Positions 20,074-31,574 of a DNA stretch of 64,000 nt are shown piece by piece. The notes beneath the pieces were generated by a model. The model saw only the letters and a program-made list of their open reading frames with translations. It was not told the origin of the DNA and did no database searches. The stretch is taken from NCBI GenBank assembly GCA_038523235.1, contig JBCBJQ010000015.1, positions 1-64,000 on the forward strand, read 5' to 3'. Made by a program: the position numbers and the translations under genes. Positions within the stretch are counted from its first letter, which is position 1; each line of letters starts with the position of its first letter. Source of the stretch: Cyanobacteria bacterium J06626_4 (GTDB taxonomy: Bacteria > Cyanobacteriota > Cyanobacteriia > Phormidesmidales > Phormidesmidaceae).

Positions 20074-21441
20074 GTGGCCACCCTGTTAGTCAAAAACATT
20101 CATACCCTGGCAACCTTTGATGCCGAACAGCGAGAAATCCGCCGGGGGGCACTATTCGTGCGCGACCACGTGATTGAGCAGGTCGGTACCACCGACGCCT
20201 TGCCCGATACAGCAGATGAAGTACTGGATTTAGGTGATCGCCATGTCGTGTTGCCTGGCCTAGTCAACACCCATCACCATTTTTTTCAATCGCTGACCCG
20301 AGCGGTGCCCGCCGCACAAAACCAAGAGCTGTTTGGCTGGCTCAATAGCCTGTATCCTCTCTGGTCAAATATCACCGCATCCATGCTGCAAACCGCCGCC
20401 CAAATGGCTGCAGCAGAACTCATCTTGTCAGGCTGCACCACCGCGAGCGACCACAACTACCTCTTTCCTAACGACTGCACCCTCGATGATGAGATTCGGG
20501 CCATTCAAGCCATTGGCCTGCGCTTTCAAGCCAATCGCGGCAGCATGAGCATCGGTGAAAGTAAAGGCGGCTTACCCCCCGATCATTTAGTGGAATCAGA
20601 AGCCTTTATTTTGCGCGATTCTCAACGCCTGATCGAGCAGTATCACGATCACGATCGCTATGCGATGCTACGCATCACCCTCGCCCCCTGTTCACCCTTT
20701 AGCGTGTCGCCAGCGCTGATGCGCGAGTCCGCTGCGATGGCTCGCACTTATCCAGGTGTACGGCTGCATACCCACCTGGCCGAAAACGTCAGCGACGTGA
20801 ACTATAGTCTTGAAAAATTTGGCCAGACTCCGGGAGAATATGCTGAATCGGTCGGCTGGCTCGGTGACGATGTGTGGCACGCCCACTGCGTTAAGCTCAG
20901 CGATCGCTCCCTGACCAAATTCAGCGAGACTGGCACTGGGGTCGCTCACTGCCCCTGCAGCAACATGCGCCTCGCCAGCGGCATCGCCCCCATCCGCACC
21001 ATGCTCGACCGGCACATTCCCGTCGGCTTGGGGGTTGATGGCTCCGCTTCCAACGATACCGGGCATTTAATGCAAGAGGCCAGGATGGCGATGCTGGCGG
21101 CCCGTGTGCGCGACGAAGCCCCTGGTGCCCTGACCGCGCGGGAAGCTTTGGCGATCGCCACCACCGGCGGAGCAAAAGTATTGGGCCGCGACGACATTGG
21201 GGCGATCGCCCCGAATATGGCCGCTGACTTTATCGCCATCAATCTTGACCGGCCCGCTCTCGCTGGCGCCAATTATGACCCGGTAGCCGCCCTATTATTT
21301 TGTCATGTCGACAAAGTTGATTACAGCTTTATCAACGGTCAGCGCGTCGTTGACCAAGGCCAACTCACGACTCTCGATCTACCAAAACTTATCCAGACGC
21401 ACCGTCAGGCAGTCGCGACCCTGATGAACAGCACTCACTAA
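20074..21441 (+). CDS. Amidohydrolase, 8-oxoguanine deaminase / AtzB-like
   Basis: PGLVNTHHH, APCSPFSV, LHTHLAE, WHAHCV, CPCSNMRLASG, GVDGSASND; GTG start after GAGGAG. Confidence 0.88.
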   Translation: MATLLVKNIHTLATFDAEQREIRRGALFVRDHVIEQVGTTDALPDTADEVLDLGDRHVVLPGLVNTHHHFFQSLTRAVPAAQNQELFGWLNSLYPLWSNITASMLQTAAQMAAAELILSGCTTASDHNYLFPNDCTLDDEIRAIQAIGLRFQANRGSMSIGESKGGLPPDHLVESEAFILRDSQRLIEQYHDHDRYAMLRITLAPCSPFSVSPALMRESAAMARTYPGVRLHTHLAENVSDVNYSLEKFGQTPGEYAESVGWLGDDVWHAHCVKLSDRSLTKFSETGTGVAHCPCSNMRLASGIAPIRTMLDRHIPVGLGVDGSASNDTGHLMQEARMAMLAARVRDEAPGALTAREALAIATTGGAKVLGRDDIGAIAPNMAADFIAINLDRPALAGANYDPVAALLFCHVDKVDYSFINGQRVVDQGQLTTLDLPKLIQTHRQAVATLMNSTH

Positions 21442-22129
21442 GAAAAAGCCCTTCTCAGACTCTGCGACAGGAGCGCGATTGCAGCTTGACTTTAGCGTCG
21501 TGACCTCGCAAAAGTTTGGCATGCGGAGGTCGGTATACCCTGCAGTGAGGGCCAACCCGATAGCATTGAAACACTTATCAAAGTCAGACTGCCGCATTCT
21601 GCAGTGTCTTGCCCTAACTAGAACTGACAATCAGCAGTCTTTTGAGCGATCGCAATTAACCGCGAAAAACGCCCGGATTCTGAAGATGCAGGCTCGGGGT
21701 GAAGGTCTGACTTTAACGAGAGTCGCCAACCTAGAGTTTCGACTATCCTCAGCGAATCAGTGAACTCGCGTAATCCTCTATGAAAATTATGTGAGACTTA
21801 TTCTCTGTTCTATGAAGATTACATGAACTGGCGCAATTCAATCCCAGAGCACTCTCCCCAATTGCACTAGGCTACAAGAGCAGCGAGCTGTGATGAATTG
21901 AGCGTCGGTCAAGCGTTGGAGGCTCTGATTATTTCCTGAAGTTAGGCAGTTTGAATCGAAAATCTTGAAATACTGACCAAAGTTTTTTAGTCATCAGGCT
22001 TGTGCTGTACTGAGATGCGCTAAAACGGATGGATAAGTAAACACCGCAATTCGGGATTTTTAGCTAGCCTCAAGGCTGGATGAGCTGTGGAGCACTGGGG
22101 AAGTGATTTTAGGGAATTAGGGTTTCGCC

Positions 22130-23389
22130 ATGCAGTGGAAAACAATCCTAAATGAGGCCATTGACCGAGCGCGGCAGGGGGATCTCAGCGCCGCAGTTGT
22201 GTTGTTTGACCAAGCCCTGAAGTTAGAGCCGGGCTACAGCAAGGCCTATTACAATCGAGCTTGCGCCCTCAGTGACTTGGGCCGGGTGCAAGAGGCGCTA
22301 GCCGATTTTACAGAAGCGCTACGCCTCAGTCCTGACTACGTCAATGCCCATCTTAACCGTGGTAACCTCCATCGCCAGCTAGGCGATTACGAATCAGCCA
22401 TGGCCGATTTTGAGGCAGCGCTCCAATTTGATCCGGCTTCTGCCAAGGGCTATGGCAGTCGTGGTCTTACCTACTTTGCTCAGGCAGCTTATCCTCAAGC
22501 CATTCAAGATTTTGATCAGGCGATCGCCTACCATCCCAAATTTGCCAAGGTATATTTGTGGCGCGGCTGCACGTATTTACAGCTCAAAGACTACGACCGA
22601 GCAATCGCTGACTTTAATACCGCCCTGACACACAAACCCAATTTGGCTGACGCTTATCATAGCCGCGGGTTAGCCTACATGAATTTAGGCAACCTCTATC
22701 AGGCGATCGCCGATATGAATCAAGCGATTGAGCTCAAGCCCAATTTCACCGAAGCCTATGGCAATCGGGGGTTGCTCCGCCATAAGCTCGGCGATACCGA
22801 CGGCGCGGTCACTGACTATCAGCAGGTGATGACACTCACGGCAGAGCTGTCAACCTCAGCACCTGCGCACCCGCCCGTCAGTGCGGAAGCCGGTCATGGC
22901 ACCGTCTCGGGGATGACCCAAACCTACGAAAAAACGATCACTTCCGCCCCCCAACTGGTAGACATTTACAGCAGCCGCGGTAATCTGCGGGCAGAACTCG
23001 GTGACGCCAACGGCGCAATCGCCGACTTTACCAAAGCTCTGGCGATCGAACCTAAAAAATCTCTGATCTATAACAGTCGCGGGTTTCTACGACTCCAAGC
23101 CGGGCAGTTTGAACTGGCCATCCAAGACTTCGATGCCGCGCTACAGCATGACCCCACCTATGCCGAAGCCTATAACAATCGGGGCAATGCTCACTATCAA
23201 CTCGGTGATGCAGCCCTGGCACTGCGAGACTTTACCCAAGCCCTAGAACTCAATCCCAATCTCACCGAAGCCTACATTAGCCGTGCCCAAGCTCGCACCA
23301 CCATGAATGATGCCGAAGGAGCGTTAAACGATTATCAACGAGCGATGCGCTTGCGCGAGCAGCACTGCGGCAGTTCTTTAACGCCCTGA
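22130..23389 (+). CDS. Tetratricopeptide repeat protein
   Basis: About 11 TPR units (AY.NRG...LG...A..DF..AL...P). Confidence 0.92.
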   Translation: MQWKTILNEAIDRARQGDLSAAVVLFDQALKLEPGYSKAYYNRACALSDLGRVQEALADFTEALRLSPDYVNAHLNRGNLHRQLGDYESAMADFEAALQFDPASAKGYGSRGLTYFAQAAYPQAIQDFDQAIAYHPKFAKVYLWRGCTYLQLKDYDRAIADFNTALTHKPNLADAYHSRGLAYMNLGNLYQAIADMNQAIELKPNFTEAYGNRGLLRHKLGDTDGAVTDYQQVMTLTAELSTSAPAHPPVSAEAGHGTVSGMTQTYEKTITSAPQLVDIYSSRGNLRAELGDANGAIADFTKALAIEPKKSLIYNSRGFLRLQAGQFELAIQDFDAALQHDPTYAEAYNNRGNAHYQLGDAALALRDFTQALELNPNLTEAYISRAQARTTMNDAEGALNDYQRAMRLREQHCGSSLTP

Positions 23390-23430
23390 TGCGGTCTCGC
23401 CATTGTGGGCAAGTCTAATTCAGATACGTG

Positions 23431-24264
23431 CTAACTGGGTTCCTCTTCGTCGGGCCAGATTTCTTCTGAGTCCACATCAATGGTGTTTCCGGGCACCTGT
23501 TTCCGGCGCTCGGCTGGGGACTGCAAATTGGAGGCAGCATCGGCAAAGCGATCATTTACCTGCGATCGCAACTTGCGGCTACGCTGCTTAACCTGACCAA
23601 ACACCTGACCAAACTGCGATCGCGCCTGCTCCGTCATCTTTTTCGCTTGCGCCTGCACCTGGTCAGCCACTTCACGGGTGCTATCCACCACTTCCCGCAC
23701 GTCTTGACGAGTCTGCGCCGCATCTTGCTGCAGGGCATCCACCAAGCGATCTTGTACACCAGGTACAAACTGCGGAGCCTCAGACAGCGCCGTTTGATGC
23801 ACCATCATCCGCTTTTTGCCCATGCTCACCACGGCCTCAGGCTGAAACGTATAGAGGCCGTCGGTCAAGCCTTGCCAGCCCGGCGCAGTAAAGAGGTATT
23901 GCTGGATAGCACCAGTCGGCAAATCGAGGCAATAATCGGTGAGTTGACCGACGCGATCGCCAGAATCAGCCCAAACCTCTTGCTTTTCTAGCGTCACAGC
24001 TTCATCAAGCCGTTCTGAAATGACCTGGGTACTGCGACGGACCAAGATGCTGTCTTGACCGATGGATTCAACCTGCACCCACATCACTGGCGTGGTCTCT
24101 AACCCCAGCAGACCTTTTTTGCACAAGAAGCCTTCGAGCTGATGATTTTTGACGTCTACTAAAAATTGAGCCAGATACCCCAGTTCTTCAGTCGTTTCGA
24201 TGTCAATTACTAACCGATTATGCAGTTGGCTTTGCCGAATCGGCGTCTGGTCAGCCTCAGCCAT
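23431..24264 (-). CDS. Tandem PRC-barrel protein with a helical C-terminal tail
   Basis: Two PRC barrels (VIDIETTEELG, SIGQDSILV, SGDRVGQLTDY); ATG 24264 chosen over the upstream TTG. Confidence 0.82.
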   Translation of the reverse strand: MAEADQTPIRQSQLHNRLVIDIETTEELGYLAQFLVDVKNHQLEGFLCKKGLLGLETTPVMWVQVESIGQDSILVRRSTQVISERLDEAVTLEKQEVWADSGDRVGQLTDYCLDLPTGAIQQYLFTAPGWQGLTDGLYTFQPEAVVSMGKKRMMVHQTALSEAPQFVPGVQDRLVDALQQDAAQTRQDVREVVDSTREVADQVQAQAKKMTEQARSQFGQVFGQVKQRSRKLRSQVNDRFADAASNLQSPAERRKQVPGNTIDVDSEEIWPDEEEPS

Positions 24265-24361
24265 AGCAGACTCCAAAGTACGTATTCCTTATCCTAGTTT
24301 AGAGGTACGCTGCAGGCGGCAATGGGGAGTAGAGAGTTGGGGGTGAAGAGTCTATAGGAGA

Positions 24362-24560
24362 GACCGGGCGTCATTCCCATTCTCAAGGCTCGGACTCCCG
24401 ATGCCATCTTGGCAAAGCCGGGGAGCCGAAGGACAGGGGAGCCTGATTTGTCGTCTGGTTTCGGAGCATCGGTATACCCCTGAGCAGCTTCGGGTGCCCT
24501 GCCCGGCTTACCAAGTTATGGTCACGGTAGTCCTGCATTTGCTGTGACGACGCCCCCCTT
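24362..24560 (-). ncRNA. ssrS: 6S RNA (cyanobacterial 6Sa type)
   Basis: The minus strand folds into a long rod. The closing stem is GGGCGUCGU/AUGACGCCC, followed by a central bubble. GGACUACCGUGACCAUAACUUGGUAAGCCGGG then pairs with CCCGGCUUUGCCAAGAUGGCAUCGGGAGUCC. Length is about 190 nt and the sequence resembles cyanobacterial 6S as I recall it. Confidence 0.82.
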
Positions 24561-24567
24561 GCAACAT

Positions 24568-25518
24568 CTACGCGATGCCGTCAGTGCCGGCCCCGCAAAT
24601 CAGCGCACAGACTTGGGCATCGGGTGGTGGCTGATAAGCACCTGACTGCAGCGCCGCGATCGTTGCCGCCCCGCTCAGCTCAGCGGCGATCCCCATCTCA
24701 AACCAGAGCCAGCGAGCTGCAGCCAGCATTTGCTCGTCAGTCACCAGCACGATGTCATCAACGCAGCGGCGAATGATGTCGAAGTTGACCGATGCCGTTT
24801 GACGCGGTGCCAGCGTGTTAGCTTTTGTGTTGACGGTAGGCAGTTCCACAACTTTGCCTGCCGCCAAACTCGCCTGCAACGTTGGGGCACCGGTCGCCTC
24901 TACCCCAATGATTTTGAGATCGGGTCGAAGCGCTTTAGCCGCGAAGCTGATGTCACTAATCAAACCACCGCCCCCGATCGCCACCAGCAGCGTATCCACG
25001 ACGGGCAAATCTTCTAAAACTTCTAGCAAGATCGTCCCTTGGCCTGCCATCACCCACGGATCGGCAAACGGATGCAAATAGGGCATTTGGGCTTGATCAG
25101 CATGAATCAGGGCCGCCCAATTAGCCTCGTCCCACGCAGCGCCTTCGCGAATGACGGTGGCCCCCCACTGATGCAATTTTTCCGCTTTGACAGGTGGGGT
25201 GTTGTGGGGCAGATAAATGGTGGCCGGGACTTTAGCCATCCACGCGGCATAGGCAACGGCGAGGCCATGATTGCCCCCAGAGGCTGTAATCACCCCTGAC
25301 CGTAACGAATCTGGCGGTATCGATAGAAGTTTGTTGACGGCACCCCGCACCTTAAAGGAGCCGGTCACCTGCAGGCAATCGAGCTTTAGCCACAGGTCAT
25401 CACAGCCGACAATAGGCTGCTGCAGAGCGATCGCGGGAACCACAGGGGTACGGCGCACGTAGGGGGTAATCTGCGATCGCGCCGCCTCCATCATGTCCAG
25501 TGAGAGAGCAGGACGCAT
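24568..25518 (-). CDS. PLP-dependent threonine/serine dehydratase (catabolic, racemase-like)
   Basis: LQVTGSFKVRGA, ASGGNHG, HPFAD..AGQGT, AIGGGGL; no ACT domain. Confidence 0.88.
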   Translation of the reverse strand: MRPALSLDMMEAARSQITPYVRRTPVVPAIALQQPIVGCDDLWLKLDCLQVTGSFKVRGAVNKLLSIPPDSLRSGVITASGGNHGLAVAYAAWMAKVPATIYLPHNTPPVKAEKLHQWGATVIREGAAWDEANWAALIHADQAQMPYLHPFADPWVMAGQGTILLEVLEDLPVVDTLLVAIGGGGLISDISFAAKALRPDLKIIGVEATGAPTLQASLAAGKVVELPTVNTKANTLAPRQTASVNFDIIRRCVDDIVLVTDEQMLAAARWLWFEMGIAAELSGAATIAALQSGAYQPPPDAQVCALICGAGTDGIA

Positions 25519-25654
25519 ATTTCAACCGTTAGCAACTTGGGATCTAAACAGAGCAACAGAACATCCTGTGCAAAGCGCATTGAACACCGGGGCTGGCCAG
25601 GCTTCAACTTTAAGCAAGCGATTTCATTCCAGCCTGTGATTTGAACATAGCGTT

Positions 25655-27310
<1,656 letters not shown>

Positions 27311-27531
27311 TCAGTTCCAAAGCCTGACTGCGATCGCCGCCTAACTCTCATCAGGCGGCACGGGGCGATCGCCACTACCCGCTGCAATTTAACCCATTAA
27401 TTCTGCCATAGGCGCTGAGCTTCCGCCGTCTCTTTTGAGGCGGCTCATGCCCCCAATGCGGCAATCAAGCCCGGCGTGAGGTCAAGTTACGTTGGGTCAG
27501 ACATCGCCCACCCAGCCACCAGTTCACCGCC

Positions 27532-30500
27532 TCACACCTCAAAGGGGCGGTTAGCGCGCAGCAGTTGCTCTGCTTGGGCAGCGGGAACTGCCGGGGCAAA
27601 GAGAAATCCCTGACCATATTCACACTGCAGCGATCGCAGCCAAGTCAGCTGTTGCGGCGTTTCGATGCCCTCGGCGATCGCGTTGAAACCCAGCAAGTTG
27701 CTGAGGCCGACAATCGACTCCGCGATCGTTTGGTTTCTCAAATTGGGCTGTGACGGACTAACAAAGGAGCGATCGATCTTAAGCGCGTTGACCGGCAGCT
27801 GATGCAGATAGCTCAGCGAAGAATAGCCGGTGCCAAAGTCATCAATACTAATGGTCACCCCTATCGCCTGCAGCTGATGCAGCATGTCGCTCGTCGTTTC
27901 AATGTTTTCCACCAGCAGACTTTCGGTGAGCTCTAGCGCCAAAGTTTGGGGCTTGATCTGAGTCACCGCTAACACCTGCTTCAGCTGAGGCAACAACATC
28001 GAGGGGTGCAGTTGCTTCACTGAGAGATTAACCGATAGGCACAGACCCGCAGCCGGAGCAATCTGAGCCTGCCACTCACTCACCTGTTGGCAGGCAGTCA
28101 ATAACATCCATTCGCCTAAAGGTGGCATGAGATTAGACTCTTCGGCCACATGAATGAAGCGGTCAGGCATCAGCAACCCGCGAGTCGGATGCCGCCATCG
28201 GAGCAGAGCTTCAAAGCCCACAATTTTCAGAGTTTCTAACGCCACCACCGGTTGATAAAACAAGACAAACTCTTGTTTCTTCAAAGCTCGGCGCAGATCA
28301 TTTTCGAGCTGGAGACGATCGCGCACCTGAGCATGCATCGCCGGGTCAAAAATGGCATAGCCGTCACGACCAGTCGCTTTGGCCCGATACATCGCAATGT
28401 CAGCATTGCGAATCACCGTCTCAGGCTGCTGATAGTCATCCCCCCCCAGCACAATGCCAATACTGGCGCTCATAAAGATCTGCTGTCCTTGAATCTCTAA
28501 GGGCGATTGCAGGTGGGTTAAAACCCTTTCTGCTAGGGCAATGGCTTCGTCGATGCCCGTGACGTGGTCTAACAAGATGACAAATTCATCACCGCCCAAA
28601 CGGGCCACCAAGTCACTGGCACGCACCAAGGTGGGTAGCGCCTGGGCGATCGCCACCAACAGCTCATCGCCCACGGCGTGACCCAGGCTGTCGTTAATCA
28701 CCTTAAACCGATCAAAATCGATAAACAGCAGCGCAAACTGAAACGCCGCACTGCCTTGAGCGCGCGCGATGGCTAGCTCTAAGCGATCGATCAGCAACAG
28801 CCGATTAGGCAGCTGGGTTAACGTGTCGTGCAGGGCAATATGGCGCAAGCGTTTCTCAATCGCTACGCGATCGGTCACCTCCCGTGAGGTCGTTTGAATA
28901 TGTATTAAGCACCCCACGTCATCTAACACCGGCGTACTCAAAGTCTCTAGCCAAATGTAGTGACCTAATTTGTGGTGCATGCGATACACCACTGAAACGG
29001 CTTCATCTAACAGCACCGCTTCATGCGCCTGGTTAACGATTTTCAGATCATCGACATGGAAGAAGTCGTAGGGTGAGCGATCGAGCAGCTCTTGCGGCGT
29101 ATAGCCCAGCAACGTTTCACAGGAAGGGGTGAGATATAAATACCGGCCATCAGGATGATGCAAACAGACCAAATCAGTCATGTTTTCCGTCACCAGACGA
29201 TAGCGGCGTTCGCTCTCAGTCAGGGCAATTTCCGCCCGTTTGCGATCGCTAATATTGCGCATCATGGTCAAGACCTCATCTTCACCAATTTGCACCACCC
29301 GCACCTCTTCAAACTCTAAACCGCCGTCAATATCAATTTGCTGTTCATAGACCTGCGGTTCGCCCGTGTTGATCGCTCTCGCCACCGCCTGCCGCCGCAA
29401 CTGACTCAGGGGGGCCGGCAGCATGTCATATTGGTCGCGGCCAACAGAGCAACCATTAAATAAATCCTGGGTATCTCGACCCTGCACCGCACCAAGGCAG
29501 GTACCATCGGCTTTCATCCAAACTAAAAGGTCAGGAATCGCCTTCAGCAATCGCTCTTTCACCGCTTCACTCTGGCGCAGCGAGACTTCCATCTGTTTGC
29601 GCTCAGTAATGTCGAGCATAATGCCCAGCATCCGCACGGGGGTACCCTGTTCATCCTGTTGACAATGCCCGCGATCGAGCACCCAGCGCAGGCTGCCATC
29701 CAGGCGTATCAGACGATATTCTGCTTCATATTCCGACCGATTGCACAGCGCTCTCATCATCGCCTGATCGACCCGGACGACGTCATCGGGGTGCACGGCC
29801 TGATGCCACAGCTCCGGAGTGGGGTCAATTTCGCCCGGCTCATAGCCTAACAGTCGAAAGTGGTGCTCATTCCACCGCACGCGATCGCTATCAATGTGCC
29901 AATCCCAAGTGGCAAATTGGGCGAGATCGAGCGAGAGGCGTAACTGCGTTTCACTGATAACCAACGACTGCTCCGCGCGTTTGCGGGCAGTGATATTAGT
30001 GGATGAGCCCACCAGATAGCGACGCTCGCCCGCCGCATCCACCATCACCTGGCCCACGGTCAACATCCACAAGTTAGTTTGATCCGGCAACCGGATACGA
30101 TGCTCAAGCCTCATTTCCCTCAGCGTTTCGAGGGCAGTTTGCCGCATCGCCCGCGCCCGCGCAATATCATCAGCGGCGACATGTCGCTCAAAAACGTGGG
30201 CCATTGAGGTTTGCCAAGACCCTGGCTGCCAGCCCGTCGCCGTATATTTGCCAAAGCACCGCATCTTGCCCGTCATCAGATCTTCTTGCCAGTAGATGGT
30301 TTCGGCTACCGACATCGCTCGCTGCAGCCAGGCATCGTTGGCCCTCTCAGCAGTTGCAGCCAGCTCAGCAGGCTCAGCAGGACGCCTGGTCAGTATAGGC
30401 AGACCGTAACTCAGCAAGGCGATCGCCATTCCCCCTAAATCGAGCAACACCAGTGGCAGCCAGCCTCGACTCAACAACAAACAGCTGCCAGTCGGCCCCA

Positions 30501-30645
30501 TGGCTAGCCCGAGCATTACCAGCGAGCGCTCATCCCCCTCAACCATGGCTAGCCACTGACTGATAGCGTCAGGCAGCGCTAACCCTTCTCCTCCCCCACC
30601 CGCTAGCAGCAGCCATAACGGGTAAATCACACATACATAATTCAT
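27532..30645 (-). CDS. Membrane-anchored multi-PAS GGDEF-EAL protein
   Basis: Hydrophobic N-terminus; about 4 PAS/PAC domains; RLGGDEF; FEALLRW; DDFGTGYSS; start position uncertain. Confidence 0.9.
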   Translation of the reverse strand: MNYVCVIYPLWLLLAGGGGEGLALPDAISQWLAMVEGDERSLVMLGLAMGPTGSCLLLSRGWLPLVLLDLGGMAIALLSYGLPILTRRPAEPAELAATAERANDAWLQRAMSVAETIYWQEDLMTGKMRCFGKYTATGWQPGSWQTSMAHVFERHVAADDIARARAMRQTALETLREMRLEHRIRLPDQTNLWMLTVGQVMVDAAGERRYLVGSSTNITARKRAEQSLVISETQLRLSLDLAQFATWDWHIDSDRVRWNEHHFRLLGYEPGEIDPTPELWHQAVHPDDVVRVDQAMMRALCNRSEYEAEYRLIRLDGSLRWVLDRGHCQQDEQGTPVRMLGIMLDITERKQMEVSLRQSEAVKERLLKAIPDLLVWMKADGTCLGAVQGRDTQDLFNGCSVGRDQYDMLPAPLSQLRRQAVARAINTGEPQVYEQQIDIDGGLEFEEVRVVQIGEDEVLTMMRNISDRKRAEIALTESERRYRLVTENMTDLVCLHHPDGRYLYLTPSCETLLGYTPQELLDRSPYDFFHVDDLKIVNQAHEAVLLDEAVSVVYRMHHKLGHYIWLETLSTPVLDDVGCLIHIQTTSREVTDRVAIEKRLRHIALHDTLTQLPNRLLLIDRLELAIARAQGSAAFQFALLFIDFDRFKVINDSLGHAVGDELLVAIAQALPTLVRASDLVARLGGDEFVILLDHVTGIDEAIALAERVLTHLQSPLEIQGQQIFMSASIGIVLGGDDYQQPETVIRNADIAMYRAKATGRDGYAIFDPAMHAQVRDRLQLENDLRRALKKQEFVLFYQPVVALETLKIVGFEALLRWRHPTRGLLMPDRFIHVAEESNLMPPLGEWMLLTACQQVSEWQAQIAPAAGLCLSVNLSVKQLHPSMLLPQLKQVLAVTQIKPQTLALELTESLLVENIETTSDMLHQLQAIGVTISIDDFGTGYSSLSYLHQLPVNALKIDRSFVSPSQPNLRNQTIAESIVGLSNLLGFNAIAEGIETPQQLTWLRSLQCEYGQGFLFAPAVPAAQAEQLLRANRPFEV

Positions 30646-30721
30646 ACGCTGATCAAGAGATGCCTTAGAGACATTCGCGGCAAAGATCGACCCAACGATT
30701 AAGCCTTAAAACCAGATGCAC

Positions 30722-30855
30722 ATTAAAGGCCAAAATTCACACTTTAGAATTTCCAATCGCAAGTTACAGACAAAAATCAATCTCCAAATAGCTAAATCTT
30801 TATTAACGACCTAAGTTCGCACCTTAGAATTCTCAGTCGCAAGTTACAGGCAAAA
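30722..30855. repeat. Degenerate direct repeat, two copies of about 54 bp with an 80-bp period
   Basis: 30722-30775 versus 30802-30855, 44/54 identical; core TTAGAATT..CA.TCGCAAGTTACAG.CAAAA. Confidence 0.75.
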
Positions 30856-31574
30856 CATGGACTGAGTTCATGCTTGTCTGTGGATCCCAACGCCTGGGTC
30901 AGGGCATTGTGATCTGAGAGCACTGCTTGAGCCATCTGACTCAAATACAGAGAAACGCAGACAGTTTCATAAGTAAACGCGATGTTTTCTCTAAGGTTCA
31001 CCAACCATCATTTATCCCAACCCGTTCCAAAATTTCACCAGAAAATCTCAAATATTGGGAAAAATGTACAAAATCAAGTATTTTTATTGTTGCGTAATTA
31101 CCCAAAAAAGAGGTGTGATTTCTAAGAAATAGCAACACTTTTCATAGAAATATCCCAAAACTCAATAGTGGCCATTGACGAAAAACAATGTCGGACACGT
31201 TTCCCTGTTAACAGCAGCTTCCACCTCTATTGATGCCCAATCGCAAAGGTTAAGCATCAATCAAAAGACCAGACATTGAAAAAATTCAATAGCGGATTTT
31301 TCTTTTCAGAGTATGAAAATACTGGTACTTGCGTTTTTGTACAATTCCCAGTACTAAACATCAATTACAAAAATCAGCTATTGACACAAGCCAATATTAG
31401 GATTTGTCCTTTGATATAAAAAATACCCATACTTTTACTGATTCGTGATCGCCAGAAGAGCCACTCTCATCGTCAGAAAATTAATCCGCTTCATTTCAAT
31501 GTGACGACGCCAGGGTCGCCCTAGCCGTCGTGGGAAACCGTAGACTAACTAACAGCCGCTGCATCGAGCCCGCA

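Noticed and set aside
30722..30855. Possible mini CRISPR array
   Set aside because: Only two degenerate non-palindromic copies of about 54 bp, and no cas genes in the window
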